A DNA stretch of 42,930 bases from an uncultured Lachnospiraceae bacterium (GTDB lineage: Bacteria; Bacillota; Clostridia; Lachnospirales; Lachnospiraceae), in NCBI GenBank assembly GCA_964604605.1, contig CAZSAF010000001.1, forward strand, positions 1 through 42,930. Direction: 5' to 3'. Shown here in pieces: positions 27,978 through 35,919 of the stretch (its first letter is position 1; each line of letters opens with the position of its first letter). Under the pieces are notes generated by a model that searched no databases, was not told the DNA's origin, and saw only the letters and a program-made list of their open reading frames with translations. Made by a program: the position numbers and the translations under genes.

Positions 27978-28057
27978 GCCATTTCAATTCCCTGCGGGCC
28001 GGTGCCGTATTGTCGCATGAGAATCCATCGAAAAGAATGCCAGCTACTCCCTTTTAC
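27967..28057 (-). ncRNA. yybP-ykoY (Mn2+-sensing class) riboswitch
   Basis: Minus strand: GUAAAAG-GGAGUAGC...GAUUCUCAUG-CGACAAUACGG-CACCGG...GGGAAUU...GGCAAGAC-UUUUGC. Shows the L1 (GGAGUAG/CAAGAC) and L3 (CGnCAAUnCG..CCGG) landmarks. Starts just after an extended -10. Confidence 0.82.
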
Positions 28058-28063
28058 CGTCTT

Positions 28064-28109
28064 AGTATAGCAAAAATAAACCGTTTGTGTGTTAAGATTC
28101 CGCTAAGAT
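28064..28109 (-). promoter_or_regulatory. Extended -10 promoter of the riboswitch-oadB unit with an upstream direct repeat
   Basis: Minus-strand TGCTATACT (28072-28064), poor -35, and ATCTTA repeated with an 11-bp period (28093-28098 and 28104-28109). Confidence 0.6.
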
Positions 28110-28147
28110 ATCAATCACCTGCGCATCATACTGACGCAAGCCACCGG

Positions 28148-28176
28148 TTGCGCCGCCGGGGAGAACATGGTATAAT
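28148..28176 (+). promoter_or_regulatory. Sigma70 promoter of glmM-hisC
   Basis: TTGCGC-17-TATAAT with extended TG. Confidence 0.7.
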
Positions 28177-28269
28177 GGCCCAGTGTGCATCCCTGTAACT
28201 TTTTAGTCTACAGATGTCTAAAAATAGAAACAACAGAAACAAACCAACAAATCTGGGAGGAAATGAAGA

Positions 28270-29619
28270 ATGGGAAAATATTTTGGTACAGACGGCTTCC
28301 GGGGGGAGGCCAATGTGAAGCTGACGGTACAGCATGCGTTTCAGATTGGCCGCTTCCTGGGCTGGTACTATGGCCGGGACCACAAGTGCAAGGTGGCCAT
28401 CGGCAAGGATACCCGCCGGAGCAGCTATATGTTTGAGGACGCCCTGTCCTCTGGCCTCACCGCCTCCGGGGCGGACGTGTACCTGCTTCACGTGACCACT
28501 ACACCCAGCGTGGCCTATGTGGTCCGGACGGAGGAGGATTTCGACTGCGGCATTATGATCTCCGCCAGCCACAATCCTTTCTATGACAATGGCATCAAGA
28601 TCCTCAATAGCCGGGGAGAAAAGCTGGAGGAGTCGGTGATCCAGGAGATTGAGCGGTATCTGGACGGCCAGATGCCGGAGGCTCCCCTGGCCACCCGGGA
28701 AGCCATCGGCTGCACCGTGGACTACGCCGCCGGCCGGAACCGGTACATTGGCTATCTGATCTCCCTGGCCACCCGGTCCTTCAAAAACAAGCGGGTGGGC
28801 CTGGACTGCGCCAACGGCAGCGCCTTCACCATTGCCAAGAGCGTGTTTGACGCATTGGGCGCCAAAACCTATGTGATCCACAACAATCCGGACGGCACCA
28901 ACATCAACCGGAACTGCGGCTCCACGCACATCCAGGTGCTCCGGGAATTTGTCAAGGAAAACCAGCTGGACGTGGGCTTTGCCTTTGACGGGGACGCGGA
29001 CCGGTGCATTGCGGTGGATGAGCAGGGCCAGGTGGCGGACGGGGACGCCATTCTCTATGTCTGCGGCAAATACATGCGGGAGAAAGGACAGCTGGCCAAC
29101 AACACTATCGTCACCACCATCATGTCCAACTTCGGTCTTTATAAGGCCCTGGAGGAGGAGAATATTTCCTATGTAAAGACGGCGGTGGGAGACAAGTACG
29201 TGTATGAGAACATGCTGGAGAACGGCCACCGGCTGGGCGGCGAGCAGTCCGGCCATATCATCTTCAGCAAATACGCCTCCACCGGGGACGGCATTCTCAC
29301 TTCCTTAAAGATTATGGAAGTGATGATGGAGGAGAAACAGCCCTTGAGCAAGCTGCGGGAAGGCTTGAAGGTATACCCTCAGGTGTTAAAGAACGTGCGG
29401 GTTCACAGTAAGCCGGACGCCCAGGCGGACCCGGACGTGCAGGCCAAGGTGCTGGAGGTAGCGGAAGTCCTGGGAGAGGACGGCCGGATTCTGGTGCGGG
29501 AGAGCGGCACGGAGCCGGTGATCCGGGTGATGGTGGAAGCGCCGGACTACGGGGTGTGCGAGAAGTCTGTGGATGCGGTGGTGCAGGTCCTGCACTATAA
29601 GGGTCACGCGGAGGAGTAA
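28270..29619 (+). CDS. glmM: Phosphoglucosamine mutase
   Basis: YFGTDG, MISASHNP, DGDADR, GGEQSGH, RESGTEP. Confidence 0.93.
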   Translation: MGKYFGTDGFRGEANVKLTVQHAFQIGRFLGWYYGRDHKCKVAIGKDTRRSSYMFEDALSSGLTASGADVYLLHVTTTPSVAYVVRTEEDFDCGIMISASHNPFYDNGIKILNSRGEKLEESVIQEIERYLDGQMPEAPLATREAIGCTVDYAAGRNRYIGYLISLATRSFKNKRVGLDCANGSAFTIAKSVFDALGAKTYVIHNNPDGTNINRNCGSTHIQVLREFVKENQLDVGFAFDGDADRCIAVDEQGQVADGDAILYVCGKYMREKGQLANNTIVTTIMSNFGLYKALEEENISYVKTAVGDKYVYENMLENGHRLGGEQSGHIIFSKYASTGDGILTSLKIMEVMMEEKQPLSKLREGLKVYPQVLKNVRVHSKPDAQADPDVQAKVLEVAEVLGEDGRILVRESGTEPVIRVMVEAPDYGVCEKSVDAVVQVLHYKGHAEE

Positions 29620-29621
29620 AC

Positions 29622-30677
29622 ATGGGAAACTGGAGAGATCACCTGCGCCGGGTGGAGCCCTACGTGCCCGGGGAGCAGCCCAAAAGCCAGAACGTGGTGA
29701 AGCTGAACACCAATGAGAACCCTTATCCCCCGGCGCCGGGGGTGCTGGCGGCCCTGGGGGAACTTTCCGCCAGCGGCCTGCGCCGCTACCCGGACCCGTC
29801 CTGCAGCGTTTTGGTCCGGGCTTTAGCAGAGCGGTACGGCGTGGGGGAAGACCAGGTCTTTGTGGGCGTTGGTTCAGACGATGTCCTGGCCATGGCCTTC
29901 CAGGCCTTCTTCAACTCGGACCGGCCGGTGCTGTTTCCGGACATTACCTACGCCTTTTACCCGGTTTGGGCGGAACTGTTCGGCATCCCCTACCGGACCC
30001 CGGCCCTGGACGCCCAGTTCCGGCTAGTCCGGGAGGACTATTTGCAGCCCAACGGCGGGATCGTCTTTCCCAACCCCAACGCCCCCACCTCCATCGGAGA
30101 GCCGCTGTCCTTTGTGGAGGAGATTGTAGCCGGGAATCCGGACAGCGTGGTGATTGTGGACGAGGCCTATGTGGATTTTGGCGGGGCGTCTGCCCTGCAC
30201 CTGGTGGACCGGTATGACAACCTGCTGGTGGTCCAGACCTTCTCCAAGTCTCGGTCCCTGGCAGGACTCCGGGTGGGCTTTTGCATTGGCCAGCCGGAGC
30301 TGATCCAGGCGCTGAACGGGGTCAAGTATTCCTTCAACTCCTACACACTGAACGAGCCGGCCCTCAAGCTTGGCGCCGCGTCCCTGCAGGATGAGGCCTA
30401 CTTTCGGGAGACGCTGCAGAAAATCGTGGAAGTGCGGGAGGAGGCGGTGGAGCGGCTGGGACAGCTGGGCTTTTCCGGCCCTAAGCCCATGGCCAATTTC
30501 CTGTTTGTGAGCCATCCGCAATTTTCTGCCGGCCAGCTGTTCCGGGAACTGCGGGAGGCGGGGATTCTGGTCCGGTATTTTGATAAGCCCCGGATCCGGG
30601 ATTATCTGCGAATAACCGTGGGAACCCGGGAGGAAATGGAAAAATTATACGCATTTTTGGAGAAGTACGGGCAATAA
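29622..30677 (+). CDS. hisC: Histidinol-phosphate aminotransferase
   Basis: KLNTNENPY, NPNAPT, DEAY, TFSKSRSLAGLRVG, LRITVG. Confidence 0.92.
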   Translation: MGNWRDHLRRVEPYVPGEQPKSQNVVKLNTNENPYPPAPGVLAALGELSASGLRRYPDPSCSVLVRALAERYGVGEDQVFVGVGSDDVLAMAFQAFFNSDRPVLFPDITYAFYPVWAELFGIPYRTPALDAQFRLVREDYLQPNGGIVFPNPNAPTSIGEPLSFVEEIVAGNPDSVVIVDEAYVDFGGASALHLVDRYDNLLVVQTFSKSRSLAGLRVGFCIGQPELIQALNGVKYSFNSYTLNEPALKLGAASLQDEAYFRETLQKIVEVREEAVERLGQLGFSGPKPMANFLFVSHPQFSAGQLFRELREAGILVRYFDKPRIRDYLRITVGTREEMEKLYAFLEKYGQ

Positions 30678-30723
30678 GGGAGGAAACATCCCAAAAGACT
30701 TTTGAAAAAATGAAAATTGGGTC

Positions 30724-30752
30724 TTGCCAAATGGCGGGGGATGCGCTATAAT
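30724..30752 (+). promoter_or_regulatory. tRNA promoter
   Basis: TTGCCA-17-TATAAT. Confidence 0.75.
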
Positions 30753-30769
30753 ACTACTGCTTTGAGCAA

Positions 30770-30841
30770 TGGGCTATCGCCAAATGGTAAGGCAACGGAC
30801 TCTGACTCCGTCATTTCAAGGTTCGAATCCTTGTAGCCCAG
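30770..30841 (+). tRNA. tRNA-Gln (anticodon CTG), CCA not encoded
   Basis: Acceptor stem TGGGCTA/TAGCCCA, D-loop TGGTAA, anticodon stem ACGGA/TCCGT with loop CT-CTG-AC, T-loop GGTTCGAATCC. Confidence 0.96.
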
Positions 30842-30847
30842 TGAGCG

Positions 30848-30879
30848 AAACCCCTTGTAATTCTTTTACAAGGGGTTTT
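30848..30879 (+). terminator. Intrinsic terminator after the tRNA
   Basis: AAACCCCTTGTAA-N5-TTACAAGGGGTTTT. Confidence 0.85.
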
Positions 30880-30943
30880 CTACGTGAAGGGGCCAAGGGA
30901 TGGTCGAGTGGCAAAGCGGCGGAGCTGAGGGGAGGTGGAATTC

Positions 30944-31672
30944 ATGTACAGCAGGGAAGAACGGGTTCGTTTCAGCGAGGTGGGGCCGGACGGCCGTCTG
31001 ACGCTGCCGGCCCTGGTCAATTATTTTCAGGACTGCAGCATCTTTCATTCCGAAGATGTGGGGGTGGGGCTGGACTATCTGGCACGCCGGGGGTGCGCCT
31101 GGCTGATGAGCTTCTGGCAGGTGGTGGTGGACTCCTATCCCCGGCTGGGCGAGCGGATTACGGTGGAGACCCGTCCGTATGCATTTGAGCATTTTCTGGG
31201 GCGGCGGAACTTTGCCCTGCGGGACAGCAGGGGGGAGACGCTGGTCCGGGCGGATTCCCGGTGGCTTTACTACAATGGGCAGCGGAGCCGGCCGGAGCGG
31301 CCGCCGCAGGAGATGGTGGTGGCCTACCAGCTGGACGAGCCGCTGGATATGGACTATGCGGGTGGCCGGAAGATCCGGCTGCCGGGGCAGATGGAGGAGC
31401 TCCCCCCTTTCCCGGTGCGGCGGACCGATCTGGACACCAACCGGCATGTGAACAATGGCCAGTATGTGCGGATGGCCGCAGACTTTTTCACCGCAGAGAG
31501 GGTGCGGGAGTTCCGCATGGAGTACCGGAAGGCTGCCTACCTGGGGGACACCATCTATCCCCAAAGAGGCCGGGAGGATGGCTGGGAGGTCATCGCCCTC
31601 TGCGACGGGGATGGCAAGCCTTATGCGGTGGCGGCGGCCCAGGGGGAGTGGGCTGCGCCGGAGGGAGAGTAA
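30944..31672 (+). CDS. Acyl-ACP/acyl-CoA thioesterase (double hotdog fold)
   Basis: VRFSEV, NYFQD and DLDTNRHVNNGQY motifs. Confidence 0.9.
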   Translation: MYSREERVRFSEVGPDGRLTLPALVNYFQDCSIFHSEDVGVGLDYLARRGCAWLMSFWQVVVDSYPRLGERITVETRPYAFEHFLGRRNFALRDSRGETLVRADSRWLYYNGQRSRPERPPQEMVVAYQLDEPLDMDYAGGRKIRLPGQMEELPPFPVRRTDLDTNRHVNNGQYVRMAADFFTAERVREFRMEYRKAAYLGDTIYPQRGREDGWEVIALCDGDGKPYAVAAAQGEWAAPEGE

Positions 31673-31673
31673 T

Positions 31674-32501
31674 ATGGAACTGGGAAAGAGACAGAAGTTG
31701 CGGGTGGCCAAGGAGAAGGAGATCGGCGTCTATCTGGGGGAGGAAGGCTCAGATGTGCTGGTGTTGCTCCCCCGGAAAGAGGTGCCGGCAGGCACGCGGC
31801 CGGGGGATGAGCTGGAGGTGTTCCTGTACCGGGATTCCGAAGACCGGCTCATTGCCACCACCGCCCAGACGGGGCTGGAGGTAGGGGGGCTGGCCAGGCT
31901 GACCATCTCCCAGGTCACGGACATCGGCGCCTTTCTCCATTGGAGTCTGGTCAAGGATCTGTTCCTTCCGTTTAAGGAGCAGCGGGGCAAGGTGAAGCCG
32001 GGGCAGGAGGTGCTGGTGGCCATGTATGTGGACAAGAGCGGCCGCCTGTGTGCCACCATGAACGTCTATGACTTTCTGCAGGGGGATTCCCCCTACCAGC
32101 GGAATGACCGGGTCACCGGCACCGTCTACCAGGTGAAGGAAGGGTTGGGGGCTCTGGTGGCAGTGGACAACCGGTACTTTGGCCTGATTCCGGAACAGGA
32201 GCTGTATGTCCGGCTGCGGCCGGGGGATGTGGTGCAGGCCCGGGTGACCAAGGTGCGCCCGGACGGCAAGCTGGATCTCAGCGGCCGGAAAAAGGCCTAT
32301 GCCCAGATGGAGGAGGACGCGGAGCGGGTCTGGCAGGCAGTTTTGGCATACGGCGGCAGGCTCCCTCTCCACGACCACTCGGATCCGGAGCAGATCAAGC
32401 AGGAGGTGCAGCTGAGTAAAGCGGCCTTTAAGCGGGCGGTGGGTCGGCTGTTGAAGGAACAGAAGATCCGCGTCACCGATGAGGGAATTGAGAAAATCTA
32501 A
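31674..32501 (+). CDS. cvfB: CvfB/YitL family S1-domain RNA-binding protein
   Basis: VFLYRDSEDRLIAT, GAFLHW..KDLFLP, C-terminal SKAAFKRAVGRL winged helix. Confidence 0.85.
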   Translation: MELGKRQKLRVAKEKEIGVYLGEEGSDVLVLLPRKEVPAGTRPGDELEVFLYRDSEDRLIATTAQTGLEVGGLARLTISQVTDIGAFLHWSLVKDLFLPFKEQRGKVKPGQEVLVAMYVDKSGRLCATMNVYDFLQGDSPYQRNDRVTGTVYQVKEGLGALVAVDNRYFGLIPEQELYVRLRPGDVVQARVTKVRPDGKLDLSGRKKAYAQMEEDAERVWQAVLAYGGRLPLHDHSDPEQIKQEVQLSKAAFKRAVGRLLKEQKIRVTDEGIEKI

Positions 32502-32559
32502 CAAACAGCCTTAAAGTTACTAAATGGACGGATTTTTTCATATTAATCGCCCTATTTTA

Positions 32560-32588
32560 TGGACATAATAGGGTTTATGTGATATAAT
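32560..32588 (+). promoter_or_regulatory. Sigma70 promoter upstream of GNAT-dapF
   Basis: TGGACA-17-TATAAT with extended TG, in an AT-rich spacer. Confidence 0.65.
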
Positions 32589-32709
32589 AAACAAACTCGG
32601 GGACTATTCTTTTACCGAATTTGTTTTGTGAGGAAGAGGGAGAAAGACCCATTCTGCAGGTCGGATGCAAGGAAAGCAGAAAAGACAACAAAATAGAAGG
32701 AGAAAATAT

Positions 32710-33297
32710 ATGAAAGACGGACTGCATTTCCTGTTCGGCCGGGAAATAGAAGTGATTTACAATCACTATATGAAGACGGATTTCCCTGAGGCTGAGCTGA
32801 AACCACTGGAGACCATCCAGGCCATGACGGAGGCCGGATTCTATGAACCTTACGGACTGTACCAGGAAGGCGTCCTGCGGGGATACGCCTTTTTCGTGTC
32901 GGAGCCGGATTACTGCCTGATGGACTACTACGCCATGCTCCCGGAGGACCGGAACAGTGGCTTTGGCAGCTGCTTTATGAAGATGATCCATCGCCATTAC
33001 CGGGAGAAGAAGGGCGTGTTCTTTGAGGTGGAGCGGCCGGATGAGGCTCCGGGCATGGAGGAGCGCAACACCCGGGAGCGCCGGATGAGTTTTTATCGGA
33101 AAAATGGACTGCGGGATACGGGAATCCGTTCCCGGGTTTTTGGCGTGGGCTATCAGATTATGTATCTGCCCTGTCGGGAAAATGCTCCGGACCAGGAGCT
33201 GAAGCCGGGGCTGAACCGGCTGTATCACAAGATGTTCCCCACGGAGGTGTACCGGCGGCAGGTCCGGTTTGAGGACAGCATTCCATACACGGAGTGA
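32710..33297 (+). CDS. GNAT family N-acetyltransferase
   Basis: DFPEAELK, DYYAMLPEDRNSGFGS (R-x-x-G-x-G motif), FEVE, RRMSFYRKNG. Confidence 0.82.
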   Translation: MKDGLHFLFGREIEVIYNHYMKTDFPEAELKPLETIQAMTEAGFYEPYGLYQEGVLRGYAFFVSEPDYCLMDYYAMLPEDRNSGFGSCFMKMIHRHYREKKGVFFEVERPDEAPGMEERNTRERRMSFYRKNGLRDTGIRSRVFGVGYQIMYLPCRENAPDQELKPGLNRLYHKMFPTEVYRRQVRFEDSIPYTE

Positions 33298-33319
33298 GAG
33301 GGACGGGAAGGCGGTCAGA

Positions 33320-34177
33320 ATGAAGTTTACCAAAATGCACGGCATTGGCAATGATTATGTCTATGTGAATTGCCTGGAGGAGGAACTGCCCATGGAGCCG
33401 GGGCGTCTGGCAGAGCTGGTCAGCGACCGGCATTTCGGCATTGGCTCGGACGGATTGATCCTTATTGAATCCTCGGAGATTGCGGATTTCCGGATGGATA
33501 TGTATAACGCGGATGGTTCCCGGGGGATGATGTGCGGCAACGGGATCCGCTGCGTGGCCAAGTATGTCTATGACCACGGCATGACCAATATGACTACCCT
33601 GCGGGTGGAGACCCAGGCGGGAATCAAAACCCTGGAGCTGAATGTGAAGGATGGAAAGGTGCGCCTGGTGACGGTGAACATGGGAGAACCGGTGCTGCTG
33701 AGCCATGGGATCAACCGGGCCCTGACGCCGGCGGAGGGCACGTCGCTGCCGGAAGAGCAGATCTGGGAGCCGCTGGAGGTGCTGGGCGAGAACTGGCGGA
33801 TGATCCCCATCTCCATGGGAAACCCCCATGCGGTGTTTTTTGTGGGGGATGTGGAAGGGCTGGAGATCGGCAAGTATGGTCCCTGGATTGAGAAGCATCC
33901 CCGGTTTGTGGACCGGACCAACGTGGAATTTATCCAGGTGATTGACCGGACCAACATCCGCATGCGGGTGTGGGAGCGGGGGGCCGGGGAAACCATGGCC
34001 TGCGGTACCGGCGCCTGCGCGGCGGCGGCGGCTTCCGTTCTGGCCGGCCATACGGAGACCCGGGTCAATGTCCGCCTTCTGGGAGGAACCCTGCAGATCC
34101 ACTGGGATGAGGAGGACGGCCATGTGGATATGTGCGGTCCGGCCACAGAGGTGTTCAGCGGCGAGTTCAATGTGTGA
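33320..34177 (+). CDS. dapF: Diaminopimelate epimerase
   Basis: FTKMHGIGND, MCGNG, MGNPHAV, ERGAGETMACGTG. Confidence 0.95.
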   Translation: MKFTKMHGIGNDYVYVNCLEEELPMEPGRLAELVSDRHFGIGSDGLILIESSEIADFRMDMYNADGSRGMMCGNGIRCVAKYVYDHGMTNMTTLRVETQAGIKTLELNVKDGKVRLVTVNMGEPVLLSHGINRALTPAEGTSLPEEQIWEPLEVLGENWRMIPISMGNPHAVFFVGDVEGLEIGKYGPWIEKHPRFVDRTNVEFIQVIDRTNIRMRVWERGAGETMACGTGACAAAAASVLAGHTETRVNVRLLGGTLQIHWDEEDGHVDMCGPATEVFSGEFNV

Positions 34178-34319
34178 TCCGACTGAGATGCCGGGGAGAA
34201 GAAAAAAGAGTCAGCCTGGGGCGGAAAATTCTGAACCGGGCTTTTTTTGCGAAAAATAGCGGTAAAAATGGGATTTTTTGTTCATTGGTGCTGCGTAATC
34301 CTTTAAATCTATCGGCTTG

Positions 34320-34373
34320 CCGGTTTTTCTTAAGAAATACCGGATTGCACTTTTTAGAGAAATCGAGTATTAT
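34320..34373 (+). promoter_or_regulatory. Promoter of the LCP gene with an abutting palindrome
   Basis: CCGGTTTTTCTTAAGAAATACCGG (24 bp, one mismatch), then TTGCAC-17-TATTAT. Confidence 0.6.
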
Positions 34374-34425
34374 AGAAAGAGTTATTTTGGAAATCGAAAA
34401 CGTAGAGAGTAGAGAGGACAAAATC

Positions 34426-35781
34426 ATGGCGAATCGAAAGGATCGGTACCGGGACGAGCGGACTCGGAAGACCCGCACCAGCGGGGAATCTTCCCGCAGC
34501 TCCCGTACCGGCGCTTCTTCCAAGGAGGAACGGGCCCGCCGCGTCCGTGCAGAGGGCGTCGGCAGCTCCCGTACCCGTCGGGTCTATCCGGAGGAAGAAG
34601 GGCGAAGCGGCGTCCGGGGAGAGGGAAACCGCACGGCCCAGGGGGGAGGCAACCGGCGGGCAGACCGGGAACGGCGCCTGCAGGAGCGAAAGAGGCGGAA
34701 AAAGAAAAAGATTATTCTGGTGATTGTGGAAGTGGTGGTGCTGCTGCTGGTGGCGGTGGGCGCCTTTGCCGTCTTCTACGTCCGGAACCTGTGGGACAGC
34801 ATGGACCACAACACGGAGTTCCGGCGGGAGGATATCCAGACCAACGAGAATATGCCCAGCTCCGTGGCACAGGCAGGCGAAACGTATACCCCCATCCTCC
34901 TGTTCGGTGTGGACTCCCGGGATAATACAAACCTGACCGGCCGGGGAGCCCAGGCGGATACGGACATCATTGCCTGCATCAACAACGAGACCCACGAGGT
35001 GAAGCTGGTTTCCATCTTGCGGGACTCCTTCTTTGAGACCACCGAGGGCAAGCATACCAAGCTGACAGACATCTATAGCCAATATGGGGTTCAGGAAGCC
35101 ATCGAGACCATCAACCGGAACCTGGATCTGAACATCACCCAGTACGTGACGGTCAACTGGAAGGCGGTGGCGGACACGGTCAACATGATGGACGGCCTGG
35201 ATCTGGAGCTGTCCGAGGCAGAGGTGGACGCCATCAACTACTATATCTGGGAGGTTATTGACGTCACCGGCATCGATTCGGAGGCGGTGGATGTGGATGA
35301 CGGATACGAGTCCGATGAGGTGGAGGATGAAGACAACCTGATGTATCACCTGGATGGCGTGCAGGTTCTGACCTACGCCCGGATCCGCAGCGTGGGCCAC
35401 CACGACCTGACCCGCACGGAGCGGCAGAGGACCGTGATCACCGCCATGATGACCAAGGCCAAGACCCTGAGCCTGGGTGAGCTCACCGATATCTGCGAAA
35501 CCATCTTCCCCGGCATCTCCACCAACCTGACCTTCAACGAGGTGGTGAGCCTGGTGCTGGATGCGGGCGACTATACTATGGGAGAGACCAGCCGGCTCCC
35601 CCAGGACGGCATGTATGGGGATCAAACGGACAAGGGGCCGGCCTATGTATACTATGACTCCCTTATTGAGAACAACGCCTGGCTCCACGAGTTCCTGTAC
35701 GGGATCACCGACTACGAACCTTCGGATACGGTGCAGGAAATCAACGATTACATCTATGATTACTGGGAAGAGCACCCGTAA
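34426..35781 (+). CDS. LCP (LytR-CpsA-Psr) family cell-wall polymer ligase
   Basis: Basic N-terminus, one TM helix, LLFGVDSR, ADTDII, VSILRDS, LTYARIR and DLTRTERQR motifs. Confidence 0.9.
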   Translation: MANRKDRYRDERTRKTRTSGESSRSSRTGASSKEERARRVRAEGVGSSRTRRVYPEEEGRSGVRGEGNRTAQGGGNRRADRERRLQERKRRKKKKIILVIVEVVVLLLVAVGAFAVFYVRNLWDSMDHNTEFRREDIQTNENMPSSVAQAGETYTPILLFGVDSRDNTNLTGRGAQADTDIIACINNETHEVKLVSILRDSFFETTEGKHTKLTDIYSQYGVQEAIETINRNLDLNITQYVTVNWKAVADTVNMMDGLDLELSEAEVDAINYYIWEVIDVTGIDSEAVDVDDGYESDEVEDEDNLMYHLDGVQVLTYARIRSVGHHDLTRTERQRTVITAMMTKAKTLSLGELTDICETIFPGISTNLTFNEVVSLVLDAGDYTMGETSRLPQDGMYGDQTDKGPAYVYYDSLIENNAWLHEFLYGITDYEPSDTVQEINDYIYDYWEEHP

Positions 35782-35919
35782 AGGATTCAAGATTTTTTAA
35801 TCGACTTTACACAGATTCATCACAAAAGCCTGCTAGACTCAAACCATGGAAAGAGGGAAGAGCCTGGCAGGCTTTTCCGGTTCCCAGAAAAAGAAACTTT
35901 TCCGGAAGGAGTGACCTAT

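Noticed and set aside
27930-28060. oadB leader as a Na+-sensing riboswitch
   Set aside because: The gene context suggested it, but the GGAGUAG/CAAGAC and CAAUACG landmarks fit yybP-ykoY instead.
28200-28224. TTTTTAG-N11-CTAAAAA upstream of glmM as an amino-sugar operator or glmS ribozyme
   Set aside because: The arms are AT-rich with a poorly paired centre, and no glmS ribozyme core is visible.
30770-30900. tRNA-Gln as an integration site
   Set aside because: I saw no duplicated tRNA 3' end or integrase, and the flanking genes are housekeeping.
32590-32700. Leader hairpin before GNAT-dapF as a lysine riboswitch
   Set aside because: It is too short and lacks lysine-aptamer landmarks; only one imperfect hairpin that overlaps the predicted start site.
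35806-35839. TTACACA/CATCACA repeat upstream of htrA as a CssR-like site
   Set aside because: The match is too degenerate to support without comparative data.
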